From contig NC_043008.1 of assembly GCF_006345805.1 (NCBI RefSeq), positions 25,048,001 to 25,112,000 on the forward strand: 64,000 nt of DNA. The letters are read 5' to 3'. Shown in pieces: positions 12,301-25,478 of the stretch. The translations under genes and the position numbers were made by a program. Within the stretch, counting starts at the first letter, position 1. Every line of letters begins with the position of its first letter. The notes beneath the pieces were generated by a model. It searched no databases. It was not told where the DNA came from and saw only the letters and a program-made list of their open reading frames with translations. Source of the stretch: Octopus sinensis (Eukaryota).

Positions 12301-14036
12301 ATATATTAGTTGCTGAAAAGACTGTGTAGTTCAGTTGGAAACCAGATATATTAATGAAGAAAAAATATTTGGGTTATTGCAGCAAACCTCGCTCTTCTCA
12401 GCAAAGCGAAGAATATTTTGTTGCATCGCTTTACTTTTGAGATTTCTCACCTCCTAAATAAACATCAAGCCTTCTGATTTCCTTCCAAGAGTATCCCTGT
12501 TGGTTTTTCAAACTCCTCCTACCTAACACCGCTTAACCAAATTGGCGATATGTAGCACTGCTGAATATAAAGCTGCTTCTTTCGATATTTATTTTGATTC
12601 CACTACTACAGTGCACCTCTACACCAACCCCCCTTCCAAACTTCTTATTCAGTTCACCTGCCTCCCCAATTTGCCATCATTAATCAATCCTTTCTTTACT
12701 TTCTTTTTATAATCTTGCCGAAAGAAAACCATATGTTGGTAGGGCAGAATATTGAATAGACTAAATTATTTAGCACGTATTAATTTATCGACTTTGATAA
12801 GAATGGTAAGAGAACGCAGCAGGATTTAGACCCAGAAGGTAAATGGCGTAATTAAATAACGCAAGCGAAATTTCTAGTTGATTTACTGATTGTGTTATTT
12901 AGCATATCATTATTTGGCATGTTTTAATATCAGAGACTATAAGTTTGCAATTTGCATCACCTGCAACCTGTAAATAATACAATACTCATGATTTCCGGGT
13001 TTCCAAAGAGTTAACCAACATCGGAAATAATTTAATGAGACCAATTTTCTCAACGATAGATAGACATTCAGTACTTTATAATTCTCATCATATGATTTGG
13101 TCCACATTAGTAGGCTATCTGCGACAATTTGGTGTTTCGGATGACTGATTTCTATAACGGTTGCTAATGCTTCCGTGGCAATTCTTCAATGCTGAGCTAA
13201 TTTGCAAAACGAGTCTTTTATAATGGTATAAACTGCTAAAGAAATAAATGCTTATGTATTATGTTTCTTAAATTATCTTTGTTTTCCGATTCAGAATTTA
13301 AGAGTCTTTTTTCCTTTTACTAATGTAATCCAGAAACATATATATTAATAATTAAAGCTATCCATTTGTGGAATGCTACAGTTTCCATGTATTAAGTCTA
13401 TATGCTTGTCGATTGCGATAAGTGTTGGGCTAAACAAGTTTAAAATTCAATATTATAAAATTTGACGAAACGCTGGATATCAATATACATTTAACCTGCG
13501 CTGAAAAATAAATATTTTAACAAAATATATTACAGAATTTACAAAAACAATATTATTACTATGTATTCTAAGTATAGGATTTGAAATTATTAAACTTTAC
13601 AATAAGGAATCTTTTAGCATTTTGGCTTTGGATAATAAAGAATATAACTGGCTTTATATTAAACTATAAGGTTCATGAAATGTCTGTGTGACTTCACACA
13701 TTCTAAGTATTTTCAGTAATATGTTCACTTCAGTAGCTAAAAGTAAAATTCTTAAAAACCGAAAAATGATTGTAAATACAAAATTGTTAGCTAAATATAG
13801 CCTTTCATTACGTATGATTAATATCTTAAGTGGAATCTTGTAGCTGGAAACAGTACGAAGCCTATCAAATTTATACATAATACCTGTATGAGGAACATAC
13901 CCGCCTACTTCGTACACGTAACTGTCTATATACATGAACTGAGAGATGCAGACTGACTGCATGGATGAATATAAAACAGCATGCAACTGTAAGCGAGAGT
14001 GCATCTAATCTATATATTTATTTACCTATACAATGT

Positions 14037-14080
<44 letters not shown>

Positions 14081-15629
14081 ATATTCAATTCCTAATCTTG
14101 ATTTTATTATTTAAATTTTAACCCCATGAGAGCAATCTCTTTCGCTCCATATTACATTCGCATTAACGCAAGAACCACTCTCCCCAATCATCGGATTATT
14201 TTCCATTCACCATGCAGCTTGTTATGGAATACTACAAATTAAAATGGGCCTCTTAAAGATTCAAAAATATTCTACCTACTAAAAAAAATTACAGAAATTG
14301 AGAGTTTCATCCAGAATAGATCTGTAGACAATTAAATTATTCATGTTCTTGTTTCGGTCCTTCAATTAGTTAAAATGTTTGTGCATGAATGGGTGTAGCA
14401 TATGTGTAATGGGTCTGTTTACATTGCATCGGTGTTATTGTTTTCTTGTAACCCTTTATATCTCGTAATATAGTGACTCAACAAATATGGTTTGATTAAA
14501 TCAATAAGAAACTTCGATAAGCCCTGGGATTGATATGATTGTTTAAACACTCATTACCACATTCCATTATCAAAACGTATGCTATTTTTGAACGATAATC
14601 GTATCTTACTAGGAATCGATACTATGAATCTAGACAATGTTGAGTTTGTTTTGATGATATATTCTTGTTAGACTACATCCTATATCCCTTTATCGTTTAG
14701 GGCATTATTTACTGAAAGTTGATCATAAATTAAATCGACTGATCAGCCAAGTAGGAAGAGAGGAAACATAAAGATAGAGAAAGAGGAAGAGAGACTGATA
14801 ATTTAACGAACTCACTAATTATTAATGAACACATTAGTATTTGATCTGTTTATAACAAAGACATATTTACAATGAAGACGACCAAAGGTGTATCACCAGA
14901 TGCAACAATGAACATTTAATAAATACTACATGAAAATTATAAAATGCACAGCAAGGCATCTAAAGAGCAATTCATTTAAAACACCTGTGAGGAAAGAGAT
15001 TGGTAATTTTAACACGTTACTACAAAATTCAACTCTTGTATCGCTGGAAGAGTGAATGGGGAAATGTTGATTCCACCAGTAGAGCCGTGAAGTATATTCA
15101 CAGAAATACACTAAACTAGTAATTGTAGCTCTCAGATTACTTTGAGAAATTGTGCATTATTTTAGTATCTATAATTGCATTCAAAAACAATCAACGAATT
15201 TAATTCTTTGAAATAAAGTTAATTGATAGAAAACAAAATAAAAAATGATGCAAGCAAAGTCAATTTGATCATATTTCTGAAATGAAATAGAGAGAAGTCA
15301 TTAGAAAGACTCTTCAACGTATATAAATGAAATGCAGCAATGCTGTGCTTCGAAAAAGAACAAAATTTAAGGGAGAAAACGATGGTCTACGTAGTTATGT
15401 AAATAATACACTGCATGTAGATCTAGTTACCATGTTTTCAGTCATTTATTTATTTTTGCTAATACCTAGAATATTTTTTAAGATCTATCTAAAGACAATT
15501 CTTCCCATGAAAACCTGAGGGGTAACGGCATACAATATATGGATGAAAATTGTAAGTAAACTCTTTGTCTAACCAACTCATGTATTACAGATCATATCCA
15601 ATGCCCACTTTATTTCATTTCTTTTATGT

Positions 15630-16000
15630 TTATTTGTTTTGCTCATTAGTCTGCTGCCATGCTGGACCATTGTCTTAAAGAGTCTAGTCGAACAAATAGA
15701 CTGTAGTATTTTTTTAAAGTCTGGTAGCTATTTAATCAGTCTCTTTTGTGGAACCTCTAAATTACGGGCACACAACAAAGTGTCGTTAAGCAGTGGAGAG
15801 AAACTAACACAAATGCAAACACACGAATACACATACACACTCACACAAACACACACACAAATACACTATGGGCTCCCTCACATATTGCGACTACAGAATT
15901 CATTCACAAGATGTTGGTCGGCTCGAAATAAGCAAGAAGACACTTGCCCAATATGCTATGCAGTGAGATTTTGTCCGAATCCACGTGGTTACAAGATTAA
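15630..16000 (-). mobile_element. SINE family A (tRNA head, CORE-like centre), degenerate full length
   Basis: gaagacacttgcccaa (reverse complement of the CORE-like TTGGGCAAGTG) at ~15936; 3' part gccatgctgg..agtcgaacaaat at ~15655. Confidence 0.7.
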
Positions 16001-16502
16001 CGTTATATGCAAAAAGAAAAACTCTCCATGAATTTCAGCAAAATTTTTGCATGTTTATTCGTGAACAATTTACAGCTAAATATGTTTACGAGAGTGCGCA
16101 AGTGTTGTTAAATACGTGTGTTGAGATTATGATTTTCTTTTAGTAACATTAATCAGGTTTCATACGGAGAAAAAAAACCCGTGAAACCCAAAGATTTATA
16201 TTTTTTAATCTAAGATAGATTTTATCTACCTATAGGCTCTCAATCCGATGGTTTTGTATGTGAGATAAACTACCTACTTTGGCATCAGCTGAATTTTGTT
16301 CGATCTGGCTGTAGGGTATTGTAGTTTTGTAGACAATTCTGAGTTTAGAAACCAGCTCCTGTGTTTCCCGTAAAATGGCATTTCAAGTCTAAAACATTAC
16401 TTTCCGGTTATTTTGGTTTCAGAAGTTACTCGTATGTTGAGTAAATGTTTTAGACATAAGTTTTCCATAATTAAATATAGCTATTCTGTTTGCCACTTTT
16501 CG

Positions 16503-17297
16503 ACTAAGCTTGAAAACTGCGCACGCTTAGACAGGTTACATAATGTCATAATAAAACTTAAAAAATATGGGACTAGCATTGTTGCACAAAACTATTGGAA
16601 TCACTATATGTTGTACATCCTGTGGCATCTTAAAGCGAAAAGAGACCCACGTGTGAATTACGATATCACGATAATTATTAAACCGATTTCTTAATATAAA
16701 AATTTGAAAATGTACAAAATATGATCTTTAACCTCGAATAAGTAACTTCATTATAATACTCTTCATACCAAAGTATATAGAAATAACATTTCACACTGTA
16801 TGCAAATCACCATAATAATAAAAGAAAAACTGGATTTATAATGGAATCAAATCTATATAACAGCAGAAGTACGAAACCGAAATAATTATAAAAAAAAGAT
16901 AATTCGCATTATGATACTATTGTTAATGGAATAGTTATGCGAATTAAACAAATTATTACTAAATTATTTTTTATTGATTACTTGTAAATTTATAAAAACT
17001 ATCATTTATATAAGGAATTATTATGTAAGGATGACATTAGTATCTGTACACAATTGTTTTATTAAAATTGATAGTTTAACTTGATTTAACTTAATTAATT
17101 TTTAACATAACTCAGTTTGGATGAACTAAACAAATTTCTTATGATAAAAGGATGCCACAGAGTGTGCAACATATAATGATTCCAATATTTTTTAGCAACG
17201 ATGCTAGTCCCATACTTTTTAAGGTTTATTATAACATTCTGTAACCCTTTTGAGCGTGCACATTTTTCAATTCTAGTTTCGTAATTTTGTAAGGCAA
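16503..17297. mobile_element. Fold-back family FB1, copy 2 (inverted relative to copy 1)
   Basis: 16503-16740 matches the reverse complement of ~1290-1528. 17140-17297 matches the reverse complement of ~781-930, including ttgcctta..tacgaaactag beyond the inverted repeat. Confidence 0.8.
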
Positions 17298-17339
17298 TGC
17301 TTGTAATATTTTATATATGTACGATGCAACAGCTAACGG

Positions 17340-18005
17340 GTATACGACAGTGTGTGTGTGTGTGTGCGTGCTTGTTCTTGTGTGTGTGTATGTGTATGCG
17401 TGTGCGTGCTTGTTCTTGAGCGAGTGAGTGTGTGTATGTGTGAGCATGTTCTCAGAGAACTTGTTTAATTTAGCTTTAAAATTAAATGAAAGCAATGTTA
17501 TTTATATTTCTTTCTTTCTCATTTCCTTTAATCAATAGTGAGTGTTAATTTACATTTCTTCCTTTTTCCATACATGTTGCAATATTTCAGCTCTTTGAGT
17601 CATGTGACAATATTTCGGCTCTTTGGTGGTTAAAAAAGTACATGGACTATTATAACTAATACGGCTTTTTCGACGTTGATAGCCTTTTGTTCACAAAAGG
17701 AAACAGGTAGAAACAAATATGCTAGGCTTTTCTCAAGTTTAAAATGCAACATTGTTTTTGTTATATTTACATTCCACACACGTAAATACATAAAAACAGA
17801 ATACGCACACACACACACACATATACTCACACATATACTCACACACACAGGAACAAGCATGCACACACACACGTACTCACACACACAGGAACGAGCATGC
17901 ACACACACACAAGAACAAGCACGCACGCACACGCGAACAAGCACACCCACATACACACGAACAAGCACACCCACATACACACTCACATACACACACGTAC
18001 ACCCA
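17340..18005. repeat. Opposed GT-rich and CA-rich minisatellite-like arms, probably FB1-associated
   Basis: cgtgcttgttcttg units at 17367-17420 versus caagaacaagcacg / gaacaagca units at 17850-17960. acacacacgtacaccca occurs at ~17990 and at ~763-778. Confidence 0.55.
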
Positions 18006-19355
18006 TTAGGTTCATCTTCTACTTCGATACGTCAAGCAGAACAAGCATTGGTTGATGATGATTGAAAGTCAACATATAGAAAGCGATCACCACGCAAACG
18101 GCCACGGACTGCTTACACTTTTATTCGCAACCTAGGCATATATTGTCAGAAAACAGGCAGTAGACTCGACTATAACACACTGTTGTCGGTCACTGCATGC
18201 CTGACAGGTATTATTTTGTAATACTTTGCAATATACTCTCAGCTATAATTGCTACAGTCAACGATAGAGTAATGATGTCACTCTCCCTTCCGTTAACCTC
18301 CACATTAGGATTCAAAAGCTCAAAAGTGCTTTAAAGGACGATTGTTAGAAAGTTAATACAACTGAAGCCAAAATCATATCAGCCAGCTTCCTCCAAAATA
18401 AAAAATATATATTGATATTTTGAGTGATTTTGTTTGTGCGGTGAATACTTCTACGTCAATAGTTCTTTCGACCAGTCTAAAAGCAGGATTGATACAGGCC
18501 CAAATTAAAGTGAGCAGAAAGTGTTAAGTTGACACATAAGGTGAACTGAAAGAGATACAAAACTGTGTATAAAGATATTTCTTTCAGACGTGTGTGCATA
18601 TATACGTGGGTTTGTGCATTTTTTTACTACCTAAAATCTTACTTCAAACGAGCAGAGTTTGTTTTATATTTTCAAAGTGTTACTATCGACCACGCCTCTT
18701 ACAGTATATTCAGTACACTGTCAAATCCACAATTCCAAACTTTACAGCATACATTTTCTAAATCTACACTTGCTTCCTATAATTTCATATAATCTAAAAT
18801 CAAAAGTAGAAAATATCAAATATCATAAACGATCAATTCAGTCGTTTCTTCTCATGACTATCTGCTTCTAGTAAGACACGGGTCACATATACTGCTTTCA
18901 GGAAAACAAATTTCCTAGCTATCCCTATTGCATGCGTCTGTCTCTATTTCAACTTCAGTGTAAAAGATGGCCTCCACATGATTGAAGAATTCATTCTCCG
19001 TGTCCTCTTCGCTCCTATAGGCATCAGTCAGAAAAACTGCTCAAGGGCTCTCTTCCACGTCCGATGCGTGTGTGTGTGTGTGTGTGTGTGTACGCGCACG
19101 CATGTGCGTGTGTATGTGTGTATGAATGTGTGTGTGTTTGTTTGTTTGTATGTGTGTGTGTGTGTTAAATTTGTCAAATCTAAAGAAGTCCTTTGCAGCA
19201 AATCACATGCCGATAAAGACATCCACACAACACCTATGCGCTGACTACCGAACACATTTTATTTCCAACGTTTCAACAGTGTGATAAAAACAAAATGAGA
19301 AGCTTTGATACTAAAATATAGATAGGAAGGAAGGAAGGAAGGAAGGGCTATCGAG

Positions 19356-19390
<35 letters not shown>

Positions 19391-20914
19391 AACAATATAT
19401 GGAATAAAAGAATATATAGAAAGTGGAAATAAATTTTTATCGAAACTGGAAATATTTGTTTTAAAGAAGTTTTTGATAGGAAACTTAGTTCCGAAATACT
19501 TCTCAAGGATGCGTCGTCATTAATGTTTCCCGGGTTGCAGGGGTTTTGAGTATTTCAGCATCTGGCTCCCTTGCACAATTGACTCAGCCGTCGATGATCA
19601 AATCCCAATTTGCATCCCTGTTGCATCCCTTTTTATCCAAAACATCTAGTGGTTTCACCCTCGGTGATGGAATGTATGACCTTCCTATTTATTGCACCAG
19701 TAACCCCAAGCCAGTCAGAGCATTGTAGAATTAATGCCCATAAAACCCCGCCAGCCATATATTAATAAAACATTCTACGAAACATTCTCTGCATCAGTTC
19801 TTTCTTATAAGCACAATCCAGAAGAAAATCGATGTGAAATCGAAACTTCTTACATAAAGGGAAAAATTCATTTAAGAAAATAATAGAACTAGCACAATTT
19901 TTCTCAGCAGGATGACCAGTTCTAATATAAGGAGCTCGGAACAGCATAACCAGAGCTGAATGTCGACTGGGCAACTCATTACATCCAACTTCGTTTCATC
20001 GATCTTCATCATTTGTGAAAGATTGTCGATGTGAGTAGGGAATATAGTTGCATGTGAACACAAATGAAAATATCTTGCTAAGCACGGGATTCAATAATGA
20101 TGTGAGGCAGAATGTGATATCCATGTTATTAGATATACTATAAAGAGATTGAAAAGCAACTTCAAACAACATACTCTACGTACTAATGATTTAAACGTTT
20201 CGTCTAATTCATCATGCATAACAACAAATGCTTTACATTAATTAAATAAATTAAAATTAAGATAAAAGTAAAACAAAATCAAGAAAATAGGGAAACAAAA
20301 GGAAAAATACTTATTTAGTAATAATTACTTCCCTTTTATTGATAGATTAAGACGAAAAATACTTTCTGACAGATTTCATATTATATAATTATATTTTCAT
20401 AACTATTTGTTTTTCTTTATTCATTTTTGGTGATCAGTAACAAGGACGTTATTGTCTTGGAACTGCGCCATTAATCATAATCAATATTAATCATAATCAA
20501 TATTAATCATTTTATCAACAACAAAAACAACATCAAGAAATCATAATCATTTCCCCACCGTTCTTCGTGATATAATTGGTAATATTGTTTTATTGATTCG
20601 AATTAGCACTCACTGAATCATTTTTTTCTAACCTTTCATTTGTCTCCACATCAACTACTTTCTTTTTGACAGTGTTACTAAAACGTCAATTTATTGGAAA
20701 CTAATAACTACAAAATGAATGCGTAAACCCCCTTCTTGCGAAAGCAATGTATTTAAAATGGTTCAGGGTGTACTAATAGAAAGCCTGACAGAACTATTTG
20801 AAATACATAAAAGAACAACCTAGAAATATGTCATAACCGTTTATTTAATTAGATGTAATACGGGTATCACTTCAGCTTGTAAGCTATGTTAGGATTATTT
20901 TAGTCAGTGTTTGT

Positions 20915-20987
20915 GCGAGAGATTATAAAATTGGGAGAATGTTAGACTTAAGATCTAGAGATGCCTGGTTCGATCCCAGCTTCGGGA
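20915..20987 (+). pseudogene. tRNA-Phe-derived pseudogene (anticodon now TAA, 5' end decayed)
   Basis: ttgggagaatgttagacttaagatctagagatgcctggttcgatcccagcttcggga aligns with the metazoan tRNA-Phe(GAA) sequence TTGGGAGAGCGTTAGACTGAAGATCTAAAGGTCCCTGGTTCGATCCCGGGTTTCGGCA. The A-box and 5' acceptor strand are degenerate. Confidence 0.8.
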
Positions 20988-21009
20988 TCCGGAAGCTGGC
21001 ATCAAACTT

Positions 21010-21365
21010 TTAGGTGGGTCTTGGTTCAGTCCCACTGCGTGGCACCTTGGGCAAGTGCATTCTACTATAGCCTCGGGCCGATCAAAGCCTTGTGAATTGG
21101 TTTGGCAGACGGAAACTGAAAAAAGCCCGTCGTATATGTATATATATGCATGTGTGTGTCTTTGTATCGTTGTTTGTTCCTCTATCGGTGCTTGGCAACC
21201 GGTGTTGGTGTGTTTACATCCCCATAACTTTGCGGTTCGGCAAAACAGACCGATATAATAAGTTCCAAACTTAAAAAATAAATCCTGGGGGAGATTTCTT
21301 CGACTAAAACCCTTCGAGGCAGTGTCCCAGCATAGCCGCAATCAAATGATTGAAATAACTGAATG
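21010..21365 (+). mobile_element. SINE family A, lacking the first part of its head
   Basis: ggttcagtcccactgcgtggcaccttgggcaagtg (B-box + CORE-like), gcctcgggccgatcaaagcc, central (TA/TG)n, 3' gcggttcggcaaaa..gcatagccgc. CpGs retained. Confidence 0.9.
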
Positions 21366-21619
21366 ATATTGATGAAAAGAGGGACCCCTTTACATTAATG
21401 AATACATTTCTAAAGCCGAGATTATTTCTTCTCCACTTATTCTCCCAGTATGACTCCGAGTATTCCTGTGGGAAATTTGTGTTGGAATTATTGTAGTAGG
21501 TTCAATACTTATTGAAAGCTCTATGGCCCACGTTGTTGTTAGTCATTGAATGACATTGCTATAGCAGTTGAAACAGACAAGGTGCACCGACGAACAAGTA
21601 GAACACTTTATGGGCGATA

Positions 21620-21710
21620 AATAATGTGGCTGTGGGGCAAGAAGCTTGTTCGCAACCACATGGTTCCAGTTTCTGTCACACTGGTGTCGATTTGTTCGAC
21701 TAAAAACCCT
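21620..21710 (+). mobile_element. SINE family A, internally deleted
   Basis: Head gtggctgtggggcaagaagcttg..aaccacatggttcc is joined directly to the 3' block gtcgatttgttcgactaaa. Confidence 0.65.
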
Positions 21711-21775
21711 TGTGTGTGTACGTGTATATATATATATATATATATATATTATGTAAATCAATGTGTTTATGTCTA

Positions 21776-21828
<53 letters not shown>

Positions 21829-21834
21829 TTATTT

Positions 21835-21960
21835 CAGTCAGTTGACTGCGGCTATGCTGGAGCACCGCCTTAAATGGTTTTTTGTCGAACCTCTAGGTTA
21901 CAAGTTAGTGTGTTTACATCCTCTACGGATGTAAACACACTAACAGCGGTTGTCTAGCAA
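21835..21960 (-). mobile_element. SINE family A, 3' fragment
   Basis: tttcagtcagttgactgcggctatgctggagcaccgcc. Confidence 0.75.
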
Positions 21961-22009
21961 TCGTGGAAGTGGGTGGGGGCAGAGCTCTGAACTCAACACG
22001 TTTATTTCG

Positions 22010-22206
22010 TTCTCTCTCTATTTCTTTCTTCGTATTCCTTTCTGTCGAAGAGCATAGGCACGAAACGTAAAAGACTTTCCATTTCTCCTGAGCGTCAAAC
22101 TAATACACTTGATTGTTCCTACACCTGTCTCCGTTTTTGTTTTACTATAAATCTGAAATATATATATAGAAATATATATGTGTGTGTATGTATGTATCTA
22201 TATATA

Positions 22207-22250
<44 letters not shown>

Positions 22251-22268
22251 ATATATATATTATATATA

Positions 22269-22306
<38 letters not shown>

Positions 22307-22330
22307 ATATATATATATAATATATGTATG

Positions 22331-22395
<65 letters not shown>

Positions 22396-22560
22396 AGTAA
22401 ATCCCAAAAAGAAGAACAAACACAAAAAACAACAACGCGAGGACGTGGTACATGTAAAGTATTAGCAGACGCTCAGGGAAGGAAAGAAAGATCGTTTAAC
22501 GTTTTGAGCAGACGCTCTTCTTCGGCAAAAGAGGAAAGTCCAATAGAAGGAAAGACAGGA
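22010..22560. mobile_element. Two related Penelope-like terminal fragments in inverted orientation around a (TA)n tract
   Basis: The left arm gaagagcataggcacgaaacgtaaaagactttcc..ctgagcgtc..ctaatac and the reverse complement of the right arm gaagagcgtctgctcaaaacgttaaa..ctgagcgtctgctaatac are homologous. (TA)n spans ~22160-22392. The PLE assignment is inferred from the hammerhead-like motif. Confidence 0.6.
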
Positions 22561-23224
22561 CCTCACTTGGCCCTACCTGAGATCTGAAACCGAATCTATT
22601 CTTTTATTGTTTGTCAAGCATCCTTTGTGTTTGCATCTCCACACTAGATGATTAATGGGAAACACTTGACCTCCAAGGACCCTTGCTGGTCACAGAAAGG
22701 TCAGTCCTTTGTTTAGGATTTGACCTAGTTTCCTGGCCATAGATATATAGTAGAGACCATTTCCCTTCTAGTCCTCTTTTGTGTCAGCCATGACCAGGAA
22801 CAACACTTCTCTTCATCCTTCAGTCGCCATACAAAGAGAAGCTTTCGGCCGAAACCAAGAATGGACGATGCTACCTTTATCCTTTCTTCCTCACTTTGTC
22901 AGCACATTCCCCACTCTTTCTCCCTCTACTAGCAGAACGCAACTTCCACACTATCGACTACCAGCCAGCCAGCGGCCGAAACTTTTGTCACTGTCGACTA
23001 CGATTACGGTTGTCTTTTGCCGGGTAAATATAAGATGCAAATAATATTCTTTCCTTTTTGGTATTATTCTTCTATGTTCTTCATTGGTATCGCTATCATC
23101 AAGCGTCACATACAAACCTTACATCTACATGCTTCATTTGGTAGACAGCTATATCATACCAAAACAAAACATACTCGATACATACATACATACATACTTA
23201 CATACACACACACACATATATATA

Positions 23225-23375
23225 TACGCTAGGCTTCTTACAGTTTCCCTCTACCAAATTCACTCGCAAAGCTTTGGTCGGCCCGAGGCTATGGTAGAAG
23301 ACACTTGCGGAAGGTGTCACGCTGTGGTACTGAAACCGGAACCATGTGGTTGAAAAGCAAGCTCCTTACCACACT
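23225..23375 (-). mobile_element. SINE family A, 5' half
   Basis: gctttggtcggcccgaggctatggtagaagacacttgc..ccggaaccatgtggttg. Confidence 0.85.
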
Positions 23376-24380
23376 CATGTCTCTGATTTCCAGTACTCAG
23401 AGTAATTGGTTTCCGTTCATCAGCCAGTTTTTTTAAGTGTTAGTCCCTGTCTGAATAGTATTGGTAAAAATAAAAGGAAACTTTGAAGAAAACGATTATC
23501 GTTATGTTTTGTTTCAAGATCTTTGCAAACGGTTCGTATAAATATTCTACATTTGCATTCACTCCAGAAATTTATTGCTTCTGGTGACCCCACCTCCAAC
23601 ACATGTGTGTGTACATATAATAATATACATACACACACACATGCATACATGTGCGTGTGTGTGTGTGTGTGTGTGTACATATATTATTTAAAGCTGTTTT
23701 ACAGCTAAACAGTTAATCAGTTAACAATCGCTTCTCCTGTATTTTAAGTATTCGTACAAGTTTATACAAAATTTACCACAAGCCTCCATGCAAGTAAATA
23801 CCCAGTTGCATAATTAACATATATATATTATATTATAATATAAGAGCAGTAAAATGACATCAAAAACTCATCACAGCAGATATACGTGCAAAATAATATT
23901 GTATTAATAGATAGATGGATAAATATATAAAGTATGATTATTTAAAAAGTTTAAAATATCTTACGATCGTTTTATGAATGTATTACCCTTCGAAATGGAA
24001 TCTGAAATTGATAATCATTATTAGGTAATACATCCACTTGTCAGAGAGAAAGAGGGTGAATGAATGTAGGATGTAAGAGGATGCATGTAGTCAATCGAAT
24101 GCTAATTAAAAATGTGAAAAAGATGTTTAAGGATGTTATTTAAAATGTTACTGGCGTAGATATACGTTGGTACAATCTAGGGCTAAAAATTTTGAAAAAA
24201 TTCTGAAGCAGAGATAATAAATAGGTGTCTTTAAAAGTGATAGGTATATCTTTAAGTGATATTCCTAGATATTTTTTTTCCATGCTTAATGAATCCAGTA
24301 CGTAGTGCTCTTTATATAGAAAGAGCTCAATATATATCGTTAATCAAATATATTCAATGAGAATAGAATATACTGATTAA

Positions 24381-24421
<41 letters not shown>

Positions 24422-24426
<5 letters not shown>

Positions 24427-25123
24427 AATAATGAAGGGTGAAATTAATTAATTTGGAAAAATTATCAATTACACCAAGTAGTCTTCGGCATGTAAAAGCC
24501 TCATTCGAGGAAAATTTAAGTAATACTAAGCAATAAGGGTTTAGCAACGAGTTGCCTTACCACATACCGAATTTAGAAATAGCAGTCAAAGGGTTATAGC
24601 TATTTCTTCTACTAAAAAGGGATGTAGAAGAAATATATACTATTAAAAGGGATGAAGCCTTTTTCTCTACAGAAAAAAACTCCATCAGGAATTGTGGCAG
24701 TATATTAAAAGAACCTTTACGTTTAAAAATTATAAATATCTTATAAGCAAGGGCTAAAGAAGGTTAATTCTAAAGCCAATATACTGATAATCCACATTTA
24801 ATCTACTTGCTACAGAAAGTTGAACTGAAATTTCTATTTTTGGATATAATTGGGTTACTCAGATGTACTTGTGTCATTCGCTTCCGCTGTGTTCCAGAGG
24901 CGCATGTGAGTGTCTTACTTATATTCTCTCGTAAGCTTAACTGAAGACGAACGAACCCTTATGTAGTTAATTCCGAAATTGATTCAATATTGAGATAACG
25001 AAATTTAAATGTTCCAAAGGTATAGCTGCCCGAATTTCAGTTCAACTCTCTGTAGCAAGTAGATTAAATGTGGATTATCAGTATATTGGCTTTAGAATTA
25101 ACCTTCTTTAGCCCTTGCTTATA

Positions 25124-25129
<6 letters not shown>
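24422..25129. mobile_element. (TA)n-flanked non-autonomous element with a 97-bp near-perfect inverted repeat, probably Penelope-derived
   Basis: 24736-24832 versus 25033-25129 match at 96/97 as reverse complements. (TA)n lies on both sides and hammerhead-like motifs lie inside. Confidence 0.7.
24929..25001 (+). ncRNA. Candidate type I hammerhead ribozyme
   Basis: CTGAAGA 24941-47 and GAAA 24975-78. Stem III is palindromic (A-TTGA-t-TCAA-T) with an AUA triplet. Stem I cttaa/ttgag plus tcgt/acga. Stem II is imperfect. Confidence 0.55.
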
Positions 25130-25198
<69 letters not shown>

Positions 25199-25321
25199 TA
25201 CATTAGAGATAAAACCACTATTATTTTATCTCTAAGTTAATTTATATTTATACTGTAAAATTAGATTTAATCCTAAATCTAATTTTTCCCTGTAAGTTTG
25301 GATTTACTCCCTAATAATATT

Positions 25322-25380
<59 letters not shown>

Positions 25381-25449
25381 ATATATATAATATATATATA
25401 TATACAGGTCTCTAACTTCTTTCACTCAAAAATGTAAGCTACGACTTAC

Positions 25450-25478
25450 TTGAAACTGTGGCCCATTAGACCTGGCAC
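25450..25478 (-). CDS. Candidate small exon of an unknown transcript
   Basis: tttttagttag|GTGCC..TTTCAA|gtaagt reads (G)ARSNGPQFQ and is phase-compatible with 27203-27290. Confidence 0.25.

Noticed and set aside
13654-14004. 116-aa minus ORF
   Set aside because: No recognisable domain, AT-rich codons and no convincing splice context.
20915-20987. Functional tRNA-Leu(TAA)
   Set aside because: The body is tRNA-Phe-like, and the A-box and acceptor stem are disrupted, so it was called a pseudogene.
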